From Octopus sinensis (Eukaryota), in assembly GCF_006345805.1 (NCBI RefSeq), contig NC_043001.1, forward strand, positions 81,034,001-81,098,000: a DNA stretch of 64,000 nt, read 5' to 3'. This document shows positions 25,084-38,751 of the stretch, one piece after another (the stretch's first letter is position 1; every line of letters begins with the position of its first letter). A model generated the notes under the pieces. The model made no database searches. It was not told the DNA's origin and saw only the letters and a program-made list of their open reading frames with translations. A program made the position numbers and the translations under genes.

Positions 25084-27439
25084 GTTTATGGTAACAATTA
25101 CTTCTCTCTTCCTCTCTTTGTCTCCTCCTTTTCTCTTTCCCTCCCTTGTCTTCTCCTTCCTCTTCCATTTTCTCTCTCCAGTTCCCCTTTTCTTTCTTTC
25201 AGTTTCTTATTCTCTCTTCCTCTTTCCAACTAATTTGTTTTTCCTTTCTATTTCAGTCTTTCTTTTACCCCGACTCTGTTTCTTTCTTTTCTCTCTTCTT
25301 CATTTTATATAAAGTCAGTTTGCTACACTACAGCTCCACTTCCCATCATTCACTCATTCCATCACATCAGTTTCTGCTGACAACAACAACAAACAAACAC
25401 TAACTATTTCTGCTATGATGACTCATCCAACCTATCCATTCATCCAGTCACTGCACCATTCCAGCATCCATCCATCCATCCATCCAACCATCCATCTTCT
25501 AATGGTGGTGGTAGTAGTAGTAGTAATAGTAGTTGTAGTAGTAGCGATGGCGGTAGTGGTAGTGAAGGTCGTGGAAAGTGTTGTGTACTGTAGTATATAA
25601 AAGATGGGGAGGTGAGGTGATGTGGGGCTAGAGTGGGGGTGGTATGAACTCCTCGCACTCCACCCCATCACTCTTAAGAAGAGCAAAGGAAAGCCTTCAG
25701 CAAGTAACCTCTCTCTCTCTCCCCTTATAGCACCTACCCTATCTCCTTCCATGCTATTGCTTTAACCAGTCTGCCTGTTACCACCACCACCATCATACTG
25801 CTTAATAATGATGATGTTAATGATAATAATAATAATTATAATCCTTTCTACTAAAGGCACAAGGCCTGAAATTTTTGGGGAGGCAACTAGTTGATTACAT
25901 CGACCCCAGTCCTCAACTGGTACACATTATATCGACCCTGAAAGATCCTAAGATGACCTTGGCAGAATTTGAACTCACAACATGAAAACAGACAAAATGC
26001 TGCTAAGCATTTTGCCTGGCATGTTAATGATTCTGCCAGCTCATCACCTTTGTCATAATAATAATAATTCTTTCTACTATAGACACAAATTTGTGGGGAG
26101 GGGGTAGTCAATTACATCAACCCCAGTACTTGACTGGTACTTAATCTGTCAACCCCAAAATGATGAAAGGTAAAGTTGACCTTGATGGAATTTGAACTTA
26201 GAACATAGCACTAGATGAAATACCACTAAGCTTTTTGCCAGCGAATATTAATAATAATGATGATGATAATAATAATAGTAATAATAATAATCCTATCTAC
26301 TATAGGCACAAGGCCTGAAATTGTGGGGGAAGCAGGGAGGCTAGTCGATTACATTGACCTCAGTGTTTCACTGGTACTTAATTTATCGACTCCAAAAGGA
26401 TGAAAAGCAGTCAACCTCAGCAAGATTTGAGCTCTGCATTTAACACCAGAGAAAATAATACTAAACATTTTGTCTGGTATGCTAGATTCTACCAGCTTGT
26501 CAACTTAAAAATAATTATGGCAAGATAAGGAAGTTCATTTATAAAGATCACATGAAATCTAGATAAGGGCACACATACACATATATGACAGGCTTCTTTT
26601 CAGTTTCCCTGTGCCAAATCCACTCACAAGTTTTTGGTCAGCTCAGGGCTAATAGAATATGCTTATCCAAGGTACCATGCAGTGGAACTGAGTCTGGAAC
26701 CATGTGGTTGGGAAGTAAACTTCTTAACCACATGACCACACCTGTACCTATAACAATGAGAGAGAGAAAAAAAAATCAAGTATGAATAAAGGTGATGATA
26801 AAGTAGAAGAGGAGATGAATAATGATGTGTGGTGACAATAATGATGGACTTGAGGATTATAGTGCTGATATGGGAAATTTTGTGTAGGTGATGATTTCAA
26901 GACATTCGTTTGAAAAAGTTTAACAACTAGTGGTTATAATAATATGGGCTGTAGAGGGCTCTTGTAGAAATCAATGGCATTCTAGTAGTAGTAGTAGGAG
27001 GCGTGGTAGTAGTTTCTCTAGTAGTGGTTGTAGTGGTGTGGTAGTCATAGTGGTTGTAGTTACTCTAGTAGGTCATTAGTGCGAATTGTGTGTTTTCAAG
27101 CATTTGATGGCTCACATCTTGAAGAGGGAAAATGTTCATAGCTTTGATGTGGTGTACTGAAGTTAGCACATCTCCAATGCTACAGCAACAGTGGTTATTG
27201 TTGGGGAAACATGTTAAGGATGTTAGTGATGATGGGGAGATGTGTTAAAGATATTTGTTTGTGGTGGTCATGATTATAAAGATTTTGGATTTAGTCATAT
27301 CATTAGAAGTTGTTATGGTGGTGCTATAGTCTTGTGGATATGGTATTTGTGGTACCAGTAGTGATGGTGGTTGTAACATAGAAGTGCAGTTAGTTTAGTT
27401 ATGTTGCCAGTCTTCATAATGACTTGTTAATTAGTAGCA

Positions 27440-28130
27440 GCAGTTGTGATTTCATCCTTTTTGATACTAATCCACCAGAAACTGCCCCTGGTTGTAGGAT
27501 ACAAGCTTCCTGTTTAGACATGGTCTAAATTAAAATCTTCCATCAAAATTTTATGTTTATGACACAATTATGTTACTAAATTCTTCATTTTTCTCAAAAT
27601 AACTGAAGCAAAAATAGTGTTTTCAACAGAAATATGATAAGTAGCAAAAGGGTTATTGATATTACTACCTTTGTTTCAATTAATTTTTAAAATAATGATT
27701 TAAGTGAAATAATTTTCTCACTATCAAGCTGGTTTTTGAAAAGATGAAATTATATGAAAGTTTGACATAGGGTTTTAATTTAGATCATGCTAAGACCTTT
27801 GCTACCATATTTCTATTGGAAACACTGCCTTTGTTTCAATTAGTTTTGAAAATAACGAAGAATCTTGTTAAACAACTTTGTCATTGTTAAATAACTTTGT
27901 CATTATTAAGCTGGTGCTTGGAACATATAAAATTTTGGTGGGAAGGTTTTTACTTTAGACCACTTATGCTTTTTGTTAACATTTCTGTTGAAATACTCTG
28001 GCTTCGTTTCAATTAGTTTTGAAAATAATGAAGAATTTAGTGAAATAATTTTGTCATTATTGGGGTTGTGTTTACAACAGAAATTAACATGAAATTTTGA
28101 TGTAAGACTTTTGTTTAGATCACTTTAACC
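27440..28130. mobile_element. Cluster of about four piggyBac-type MITE fragments in mixed orientation
   Basis: Recurrent GCCTTTGTTTCAATTA(A/G)TTTTGAAAATAA and TTTAGATCACTT motifs, adjacent to a forward copy at 27450-27655. Confidence 0.65.
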
Positions 28131-28375
28131 TTTCAGCATTCAGATTATACTGTCAAATTATTTATGCTTATTTATTCATATTGTTTTGAATTAGTCATGC
28201 ATTATCTTGTAGTTTTGAGATTGCATTGATATGATTTCTTATTTTTAGAATGATATTATAAGATAGGTGTGAGAGGCCAAATCATGCTGGCTTGAACATA
28301 AAACAGGTACAATATTTGGGTCAGATGGTTGGTAAATATTAAAGGGCTACTCCCTTTACGCTTTCTCTTTTACTC

Positions 28376-28574
28376 TTTTACTTGTTTCAGTCATTTGACT
28401 GCAGCCATGCTGGAGCACCACCTTTAGTTGAGCAAATCGGCTCTAGGACTTATTCTTTGTAAGCCTAGTACTTATTCTATCGGTCTCTTTTGCCAAACCG
28501 CTAAGTTATGGGGGCGTAAACACACCAGCATCAGTTGTCAAGCGATGTTGTGGGGACAAACACAAACAACATAT

Positions 28575-28640
<66 letters not shown>

Positions 28641-28826
28641 TATATATATATACACACACATATATATGATGGGCTTCTTTCAGTTTCCGTCTACCAAATC
28701 CACTCACAAGGCTTTGGTTGGCCCAAGGCTATAGTGGAAGACACTTGCCCAAGGTGTCACGCAGTGTGACTGAACCCAGAACCATGTGGTTGGTAAGCAA
28801 CCTACTTACCACACAGCCACTCCTGC
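28376..28826 (-). mobile_element. tRNA-derived CORE-type SINE, full length
   Basis: Same layout as 63231-63634. Many further copies are visible, e.g. ~9650-10031, 14465-14830, 18300-18650, 26580-26745, 33200-33690, 34845-35200, 49870-50095, 50420-50680 and 58640-58815. Confidence 0.85.
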
Positions 28827-29881
28827 TAATGTACTAAAAATTTTCTTTTCTGAATATTCACACCTAAAATTTGAGATGCATGTAATGGGCACTTGTGTCT
28901 TTTACTCCAAATATGGGATATTGTTAGTCATAGCTGCAGTAGTAGTATTAACTCTTTTATATTTAGATTACCCTGTCAAATGTGAGATTTATCTATTCAC
29001 AGTTTAAAAAATTATCTTGTAAGTTTGAGATTTTGAATATGTTTGTTTACTTTTAGATTAACATTGTAGGATAGGTATGAGAGACTGGTTCTGGCTAGCT
29101 TCAACATAAAGTAATTTGAATATTTGGGCTGGATATGGTTGGTTTAAATGCTAAAGGGTTAAATTGTAGTTGGGCTGGTGTATTGGTTCTAGTTGTTTCA
29201 GTTTGGTAAAGCTGACATTAGGGGGAAAGATATTGTACTTACATTCTAAGTTCAAATTCTGCCATGGTCAGCTTTGCCTTTTATCCTTTCAAGGTCAATA
29301 AAATAAGTACCAGTTGAGGACAGAGGTCGATGTAATTGATTTAATCCCTTCTCCAAAATTGCTGGCCTTGTGCCAAAATTTGAAACCAATATAAGTGCAA
29401 GTTTTGTAGTACTCTAAAGAAGCGGTCTTTTATTTGGCAAAATTGTTATCTTAAAGGGTGCGATTCTTGTTTGTGGCAGTAGTTGGAAGTGGCGCTCAGT
29501 GGCAGCAGCAGCAACAACAATGGTGGTGGTGCTGGTGGTATGAGGTTTATCTTAAAAATATATCTTGGCAGTAGTTTCGGTTTTTTGGTTGTTTTCAGGA
29601 AATGTTAACTGTAGTCATAATGTTGATAATAGTAACGGTCTGGTGAGATGGCCTGTCATAAAGATGGAATAATCTTTATGGCTGTGATGGGTGAATAATG
29701 ATGGTGGTGGTGGTGGAAAATGGGGGTGAGTAAAGATGTGGAGGTCGTGGTGGTGGTGGTAGTAGTAATAGTAGGGAAGGTATTATTTTCTTTTCTTGGC
29801 AGTCATTTCAGTCATTGAAATGTAGTCATGCTGGAGCACCACCTTGAAGAGTTTAACCAAACAAACCAACACTAGTACTTG

Positions 29882-29921
<40 letters not shown>

Positions 29922-32585
29922 TGTTTTAAGTCTGGTACTTATTGTATCTGGGGTTTTTTTTTGTCAAACTGCTAAAAGAAAAGTTACAGGGATGTAAACA
30001 AACCAATTCTGGTTGTCAAGCCATAATGGAGATGGGGGAAAACCAACATAGTTATGCATATACATATAAATACACACACACACATGCATGCATGACAAGT
30101 TTTGCATGGTTTCTATCCATCAAATTCACTCACAAGGCATTGGTCAGCCTGTTGCTTCAGCTATAGTAGAAGATGCTTGCCATAGGTCCCCAATGTGCTA
30201 CCATCTACTGGGACTGAACCTGAAACCACATGTGAACTACACATCCATGCCTGTGCCTAGTTAGTTAATGGATTTCTTCAGTAACAGACATAGGTCACAT
30301 GGTGATGAGCTGATTGTTGGAGCAAAGTGTAGCTTTCTGATACTGCTGCTACTAGCAGCAGTAGTGGTGATAGTGATGGCAGTAAGAGCCTTAAAAGGGT
30401 TGGGATTGTGCTATGGTTTGGATCAGTCATAGCATGTAAAACCAGTGGGGTATGGCAAGAGTTATATTGTATGGTATTAGTTTGGCATCTTTCCCTATAA
30501 AATCCAGAATCCTTTCACTTCCTCTTTCTTCCACAATGTCTTTTCTACTCACCCCTTGTCTTTTTTTTTATTTTTTAATATTTTTATTTACTTTTTTTTT
30601 GTTATCCGTAATTCCCATCCCTTTCCATGTTCCTTTCACCGCATCTTAATTTCACTTCGTCTACCCACTCCATGCCATGTATCCTTCATGCCGATCACCT
30701 TCCTATCTTATTCTTCAGTATCCATACTCCACTTTTGCGCCATATCCCCCACCACCACGGACATCTCTCCCCTCCATAATGCGTATAACTCACCACCACC
30801 ATCATCATCATCATCATGCACTCCCACCTCCCCACCTTTGTTCCCAGACACTCACCCACCCTGCCACACACACCACTCAATTCGTGCAATCCCAACTCTC
30901 ACGTTTTCCAAGTTCTATTTCGCATGAATTGTTTTGGAAAGAATCATCATCATCATCACCACCACCATCATTACTACCACAACCACCATCACCACCACCC
31001 ATCACAATCATCATCATCATCATTTGTATCAGCTTCATCATTTGTACAATTATTCTTTCCTTTATTTTTTATTATTTTCTTTCAGCTCCTTTCTTAGTCC
31101 CTTTTAATTCTTTTGCATCATGTTACCACCACCACTCCTATCTTTCCCCACCCTGCCAACACCATTGTTGCTACTACCAATACCACCACCACCACCCCAC
31201 CACTACTACCACTACTACTACTACTACTCCTGTTGCTTTCTAAATCACCCTTCCATCCTTTCCTTCTTGTTACCACCCACTGCCCAGCTTGAACCCTGAT
31301 CCAGTTCTTTATCTGCACACCTCCACCCTTTCCCAGTTTCTCTGCATCCCTTTCACCCTTTCTACAAATTATTATTCTTTTCTCTTTCTTTTTCTCTTTT
31401 CTCTCTTATTATATATAGTCATCTCTACTTTTTCCTCTTTTTTCTGCTTTTGCTTCTCTATTAAAGTCTTCTCTCCCTTTTTCTCCCTTCATAATTTTTC
31501 CTCATATCTCTCTTGTCTTCTCTCCCTTTTTCTTCACCCTTCTACCATAATTTTCTTCCTCCTCCTCCTCCCTCTCTCTCTCTCACTCTCTCTTTCTCTC
31601 TTCATTATTTTCCTCTCCCCATTTTCTTCAACTCAAAATCCCTATTGTTAATCTCACAGAAACTCCCCTAACACATGATGGCACCACTACCTACCACTGT
31701 CTGCTTCTGCAGCAGCAGCAACAGCAGCTGCACCACCACCACCATGTCTGAAACCCCACCATTCACACACACACATACACCATCGTATCAAAGCACACTG
31801 TAACACACCCCTACCCAAACACACACACCACTAACAGCAGGCACTGCGGATATAATGCAAGCTGGGATCAGCAGCTTGTTGCAGCAAAATTCCTCCACAG
31901 AAGTTGTTGCATTTCCAGCATGCTAACTCTCCTCTACCATCATACATCTTACTGCTTGCTCCCTTTTTCCCCCCACCCTTAACGACTCCCACCTAGCATC
32001 TCCCTTCTGTAGTAGTTACTCCCTTACAACTTCCCTCCCTCTCGTATCACAATTTTGTCTCTGTCCCTTTTTATTCTTTCTAATCCTTTAGAAAATGCAA
32101 TGCCTTTCATCTTTCCAAGTTTTTCTTCATCTTGTTTCTTAGGGACTCTCAGAGAGCTTCTGAACATGTTGAACGTGTAGAGGGAATTTGTCACGGTGAG
32201 AGAAAGAGGGAGACAGGCGGGGGTGAATTCTTCCCTATTTTTGTGTTTTCTCTCCTTTTCCTTTATCCTAACTCCCCTATTTTTTTTTTTTTGGTGAAGG
32301 GAGTAGTTTTTTCTTTTTTTCTTTTATTTCTTAAGTCCTTTTCTTGTTTCTGCTGAGCCTTAATAACGATTTTATTGTTTGTAGTCTTTGTGAGTGAGAA
32401 ATTGAGAATGTCTGGATAATTGGAACATGTTTAAAGAAGAAGCATGCATCCTACCATTCACTATTATACAACTTACAGTTGCTGCTGCTGCTGCTGCTGT
32501 CATTTTAATCAGTCACATCACCATCAACACTATTAACTAGTACTCCCAAATATTACAGCTACTACTAACATCACCATTAAAATAG

Positions 32586-32618
<33 letters not shown>

Positions 32619-32694
32619 GCTCAGTCACTCATTACACTATCAGATCCATTATTATCATTGCTGCTACTACTACTTTTACTACTACTACTACTAC

Positions 32695-32726
<32 letters not shown>

Positions 32727-33703
32727 GTAATCCTTTCCATTATAGGCACAAGGCTTGAAATTTTGGAGGAGGGAACTAGTCGATTATATAATGCCCACAA
32801 CAGCAGGAGTACTGTCAATATTGATTAAGATTGTAATGTTCTGAGCACTAAAAGAGCTCCCACCACCAACCCCACTGGCCCAGTCAATTCAATGTGGTGG
32901 CCTTATATATGGCTCCTTTTAAATAAACTTCTGCCCATCATAACACTAATGAATGTTCTTTTAGAAACATAGTATCTTAATCCATTACTCAATATAACAC
33001 TAATGGACCTTTATTAAACCTTCATAATGTGGGATCCACATAGCGTAATTGGGTAGTGGGAGCAAGTGTATAAATTCCCCATCGTAGCAGTTCTATGTAT
33101 CCCTCAGTAAACTCCCTATTGTCAGATGAAGCAGTCAGGGAGCTGCTATGTAAGCCAAGGCTTGTCATACTCTTTTATCAAGTAACTCCCTATTAACATG
33201 TATGTGAAGGCATGGTTGTGTGGTAAAGTGTCTGCTTACCAATCTCATGGTTCAGTCCCACTGCTTGGCACCTTGAGCAAGTATATTTTTTACTATAGCC
33301 CCAGACCAACCAAAACCTTGTGAATGGATTTGGTAAGCAGAAACTGAAAGAAGCCCATCATGTGTGTGTGGGGGTGTGTGCATGTTTTATCTTTTACTTG
33401 TTTCAGTCTTTGGACTGCAGCTGTGTCTGGTCACTGCCTTGGGTTTAGTCAAGCTAATAAATCCCAGTACTTGTATGTCTGGTACTTATTCTAATTAGTC
33501 TCTTATGTGCTGAACTGCTAAGTTACAGGGACATACACAAACCAACATTGAACGGTGGTCAGAGATAAACACAAATCTACACACCCACACACTTATATAG
33601 CAACAGGCTTCTTTCACTGTCTGTCTACCAGATCCACTCCCAGGATTATTAATGACATTTTCCCAGGGTGCTGCACAGTGGGACTGAACCCAAATAATAT
33701 ATA

Positions 33704-34059
33704 TCTATAATAATAAACATGAAATTCTGTCTGTCCAGCCAACTGGGACCCCTATATCTCCTCCTACATTTACTCTACATACCTTTTTGGAATCAGGATG
33801 ATCCTGGGATAGAAATTCTGCCCTTTATTTAGTTCTTGAACATCCAACATTGAGATCTGTTGTAGATGAGGATTTGTTATATGCTAACAGTTGAAAATTC
33901 AGATATTAAATGAACTCAAAAATTGGTTAACTTACAAGTTTTTCATTTAAACTGAATTTAAAGTAATACCATTTTGGTAGGATACCAATAAATTTCCTAA
34001 TTATTATTGCTCTCTTTAGCCTGGGGCAACAGGCCTAATTAACCCTCTGCGGGAGCTAG
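33704..34059 (+). mobile_element. Possible non-autonomous Helitron
   Basis: A|TCTATAATAATAAA..TCTGTCTGTCC start. The candidate end is a small hairpin CCC-TCTGC-GGG followed by CTAG, but the next base is C rather than T. Confidence 0.3.
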
Positions 34060-34154
34060 CATAAAAGTGCACATGGAGTGTGGCTTTTAAGATAGCATAT
34101 ATATATATATATATATACTTACGTAATATAATTTTTCTGTATCTTTGGATTTTA

Positions 34155-34217
34155 ATATGCTAGTCCACTGGTTTTAAATTGATTAATAAATTAATATTCA
34201 ATTTTTCACCCTTTTTA

Positions 34218-34261
<44 letters not shown>

Positions 34262-34324
34262 TAAAAAGGGTGAAAAATTGAATATTAATTTATTAATCAA
34301 TTTAAAACCAGTGGACTAGCATAT
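34155..34324. repeat. Perfect 170-bp palindrome centred on (TA)19
   Basis: 66-bp arms 34155-34220 and 34259-34324 are exact reverse complements. The centre 34221-34258 is (TA)n. Confidence 0.95.
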
Positions 34325-34650
34325 ATATATATATATATATACATATCTTTGTGTGTGTGTTCTTTAAGACTGTTTTTCCATGCTTACATAAGCTGAGTGT
34401 CAATTACTTGAGGTATTGTTGTTACAGCCTTCCTGACTATAACCCTTGATGCTCCTCCTAATGCTAACCCTTATTTGTTTTCCACTTTCTCAACACGATC
34501 ACAAAAGCCCAAAAGTGATTGGACAACTTGTTGGTAGATGAAACTGATATGACCACCACCACCACCTGCTGCACCTCCATAAAGGCAATCACAGAATGCA
34601 TATGCAAACACATACACAAGTATACATATATATAATACCAATTTACATAA

Positions 34651-34681
<31 letters not shown>

Positions 34682-34683
<2 letters not shown>

Positions 34684-34836
34684 AGGGGGTGTTGAAAAGT
34701 TCCTGGTTTTAAGGGTATCGGGAAAGACCTGGTTGCAGGCCCAACCTTCCAAGTTCTTTTACAAGGTTTAGAAAAACTGAAGGACTGCTGCAATGAATGT
34801 ATGAAACTGAGGGTGGAATATGTTGAAGAAAATCAT
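34682..34836 (+). mobile_element. Internally deleted Tc1/mariner element
   Basis: TIR-like CAAGGGGGTGTTGAAAAGTTCCTGG joined to the C-terminal peptide LLQGLEKLKDCCNECMKLRVEYVEEN. The recalled mariner end is GI.KL..RW.KC....G.YVE. Confidence 0.65.
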
Positions 34837-35232
34837 TACATATTATCTTTTACTTGTTTCAGTCATTAGAGAGTGACTATGCTGGTGCACCACCTTGTAG
34901 ATATTTTTTAGACAAACAAATCAACCCCAGGACTTATTCTTTTTAAGCCTGGTACTTATCCTATTGGTCTCTTTTGTTGACTCACTAAGTTACAGGCACA
35001 TATACACACCAACACTGGTTGTCAAGCAGTGGTGGGACACACACACACATATGTACACTTGAGTCTTCTTTCAGTTTCCTTCTACCAATTCCACTCACAA
35101 GGCTTTGGTCAGCCCAAATCTATAGTAGAAGACTCTTGCCCAAGTTGCCATGCAGTGGGACTGAACCTAGACCTTTGTGGTTGGGAAGCAAGCTTCCTAC
35201 TACACTCACACAATATATATATATATATATAA

Positions 35233-35442
35233 ACAGAGATGCAGCACGGATTTTTGTCAGTGAACAGGTCGCGGTCTTAAAGCGACGAAAATATTTTGAC
35301 AAATTAAACTTAAATGTTGAAGTGAATCGAACAGCTTTTGTGTGTTTCTTAAATGGCTTACAAACACCTTCCACGCTGCAATTGTTTTCATTTCAGAACA
35401 CAATCTCCGATCAAATCACTTGCTATGCAAGTACATCTCCGT
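35233..35442. mobile_element. 210-bp (TA)n-flanked element carrying the hammerhead-like motif; Penelope-like (pLTR) or MITE derivative
   Basis: CpG-rich unique segment between TA runs. Imperfect inverted termini ACAGAGATGCA / ACGGAGATGTA (9/11). No ORF. Confidence 0.5.
35253..35303 (+). ncRNA. Minimal type I hammerhead-ribozyme-like motif with a G3-C8 core swap
   Basis: Stem I TTTGTCA(35253-59)/TGACAAA(35297-303). Core GTGAACA+G(35260-67). Stem II GTCGC(35268-72)/GCGAC(35282-86). GAAA(35287-90). Palindromic AAAATATTTT(35288-97) forms the stem III region. The putative cleavage triplet is UUU (35294-96). Confidence 0.55.
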
Positions 35443-36058
35443 AATATATATATAATATATATATATATATTTATTCTCAACAAGAATGATATACTCAGTT
35501 TATTTATTTTGCTATATATTTCAGTGTTCCTAGAGAATCAGTTTCATGATTTGTATGTATGCTTGTGGTCATTGTAATATTTGAAAAATGGCTGTTATGA
35601 AGCAGATCTTATTAACACTATCATCAAAATAAAATAAGCCCAGGTTTTTTTTTATCTACATGAATAAATGCCTTTGTCTTTTTTACTCCAGTCTTGTGAA
35701 ATCGATCTTCCCTACCCAGCATTTTACAATGGTTCTGTCTATATTAAACTAAGCTAAACTGTGGTAAGCTCATTCTACTATTACAACTACCACCACTACT
35801 ACTACCGGGGCTGTTAGAAAGAGATCAAAACAAGTATTTGGTGCTGATTATGATGCTGATGGTGCAGTTAGTGTTGATGTAGCCAAGTGGTGATGACGAT
35901 GATCTCATTATAAATAAAGGATCCTTTTTCATCTTCCAACATTTTTTTTTGTTCTTCCAACTCATCTAACAGGTTAACAACCCACCCCTGTTCCACTCAT
36001 TACTGATCACTGACCTTTAAATGGAAAAAGAAAAAACACTAAAGGATAACCCCCCCCC

Positions 36059-36111
<53 letters not shown>

Positions 36112-38719
36112 ACACACACACGGTATATCTATCCATACATATACACACAAATACAGAGAGTAGAAAAGTTATACATGTATGTGTCTTACCTTCTGCCCAA
36201 TAAAATAATTAAAAATAAAAATTACCAGAGAATTAAAAAACACATAACAAAACCCAAAAACAATGACTACAGTTTTGTTCCACTGCTAGTTTACTTTTCT
36301 TTTTTTTTTTGTGCTTTTTACTATTTATTCCTCTTTCAACATTTTTGTTTGTGTTCCGGTTGACTGATTACTCTCTTTCCACCCTCTTTACCCATCACAT
36401 ACCACCCTCCACTCTATTATGTATCCATCCTCTTCACCCTCATATCCTACCCTCCTGGACATCAATATATACCCACTCTCTTCACCATCATATACACCCA
36501 CTCTCTCCGCTATCATAAAGCCACCATCTACATCCTCATATACTAACAGCCACCCTGACCCTACTCTCAATATATCCATGCTGTTTTATCATCCATCTTG
36601 TCAGACTTAAGTAGTAATAATATTCTGGAATTATTTTGAAAACTGTTGGGGGTAAGAGGCCTGGCTTTGTGAGTAATTTATATAATCTATAGCATTTTGG
36701 TGGGGGGTTTTTTCTCTCTCTCTCATTGATTGCAAAGAATTCAGTCGGCGCCACTAAAACTTATTCATTATCGTAATTATTATCGCCATAGATATCAGCA
36801 CCCTTAATATTATCGTTTCATCATAATTTTTTCATCATTACCGTCATAGTCATCATCATAATAGTTGTTGCCAGTGTCATCCTCATTGATTTAATATCTC
36901 GTTATTGTCTCAGTAGTTTTTTTTTTTTGTTTTTTATACTTTTAATTGTGGGACTGTAACTAGAGTAGAAAATACAACAGTAATTATTATCAAATTTTTA
37001 AATAATTTTTTTAGCTTAAAATTTGTTAAGAATTTTTATTTCATTTTATATAATTTCATGAATTTTGTTTCTATTACGCATCTTGTGTCCCCCATTCTAT
37101 TTTTCATTGTTTCCCTTTTGTTCTTGTTCATTTAGTAAAGTTCCTTTGGGACCATCATCATCATCACTCTTGTCATCCTATTTTGAACACCCATGTCCTA
37201 TGTTGGTATGGATTGGATAGTTTGACAGGATCCAGTAGTTCCAAGGGTTGTGTTGTGTTCCATTATCTGTTTTGACATGATTTTCTATGGCTTCATTTGT
37301 ATTTCCTTCATGAGGCCAACTGCTTTGGAAAATTATATTGGTTGCTTTTTTCATGGCATCAACACTTACTTGAATCTTCTAAACATTTTCTCTTCAATTT
37401 ATAATTCATGTTCTTGATATGGATAGATTTTGTCGTGGTTTCTATGATTAGATGCTCTTCATGATGCCAACCGTTTTAAAAAGTATAGTCATAGCATCAA
37501 CTCTTACTTCAAACTTTAAAAAATTTTTCACTTCAATTTATAATCTATGCTGTGCTCAGTTTGGACAGATTTGGTCCATTCACTAAGCATTTTTTGAACA
37601 TTGCTGTCTCTTGCTTTCATCCATCTCCATCTTTTTCTTAACCATTCTGCCTACAAATATAGTGGTGGGCTCTGAACTTCTCTATGTAATTCAAATATTA
37701 ATTAATTAACAACCCAAGCAACTGCACTTTCCTATATCTCCTGTTGTTTATAAAGCATTATTTTGAAGTCTTTGGTTGGTTATCAAATTGTTGTGGCATT
37801 TTCTAAATTCTAAGACAAAATTCTTTTGAAAGATAAAGTAGTTGTTGTGGTTACTATTTTGTAATTTCTTTTTGTTTTATTCAATGGCTCTGTATTATTT
37901 ATTTATTTTTTTCTTAAAGTTCTTATCTTGAGCATTTATGTATGGCAAGGTTATTAACATCTTTGAGAAATTAGATCTTAGCTTTTTATCATGGAACACC
38001 TGCCATAGCTCAGCATTGTTGGCAATATATAAAACAAAACATTGTGGATTTCCTATCTCAAACCTGTTCTTTAGCTATTGGACAACTAAATCTATTCTAT
38101 ATCTCCCTTTCAGAGAAGGTGTAGGAGAGAGAGAAAAACAAACAAACACTAGGATCTTAGAGAGTTGTATGTCACCCATATTGTACACTATCAGCAAAAG
38201 AGTGTCATATATAGGTGTCATGTGATATTCTTGCTTTGAAAGATAAACACAATATTTGTCATGGTTTAGTAAATGATATTTCATGGACAATATATTCTCA
38301 CAGATTAGTTACTCTGGATTTCTAGAATTGTATTTTACTCTTTGAATCATTAACCTCATCTATCTCTTCCAATCAATACATTAATGCTTGTTGTCAAGCC
38401 ATGGTAGGTACCTTCTAAAGCTGTGTATAGAAATATGTACAATGCAACTAACACATAAAGGGAATTAAATAAGTTATATCGTCGTCATCATTGATATTTG
38501 CTATTCCATGCTTATAGGGGTTGTACAGAATCTGCTGAGGTAGTTTTTCTAACAAGATGATATTTCCCTGTGGCTGGACATGTTTTTGTGGAAGACTGGA
38601 AATAAAGGACACCACTTCTTAGGCAGTGACACTTATTTGTAACTATCATGCACTGCAATAGCAAGGATTACACACATACTACATACATACATGTATAGGC
38701 ATCTCTCACTCTCTCTTTC

Positions 38720-38751
<32 letters not shown>

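Noticed and set aside
31680-31760. PolyQ/polyH-like reading CAGCAG..CACCAC
   Set aside because: Stops after a few codons, with no splice or domain support.
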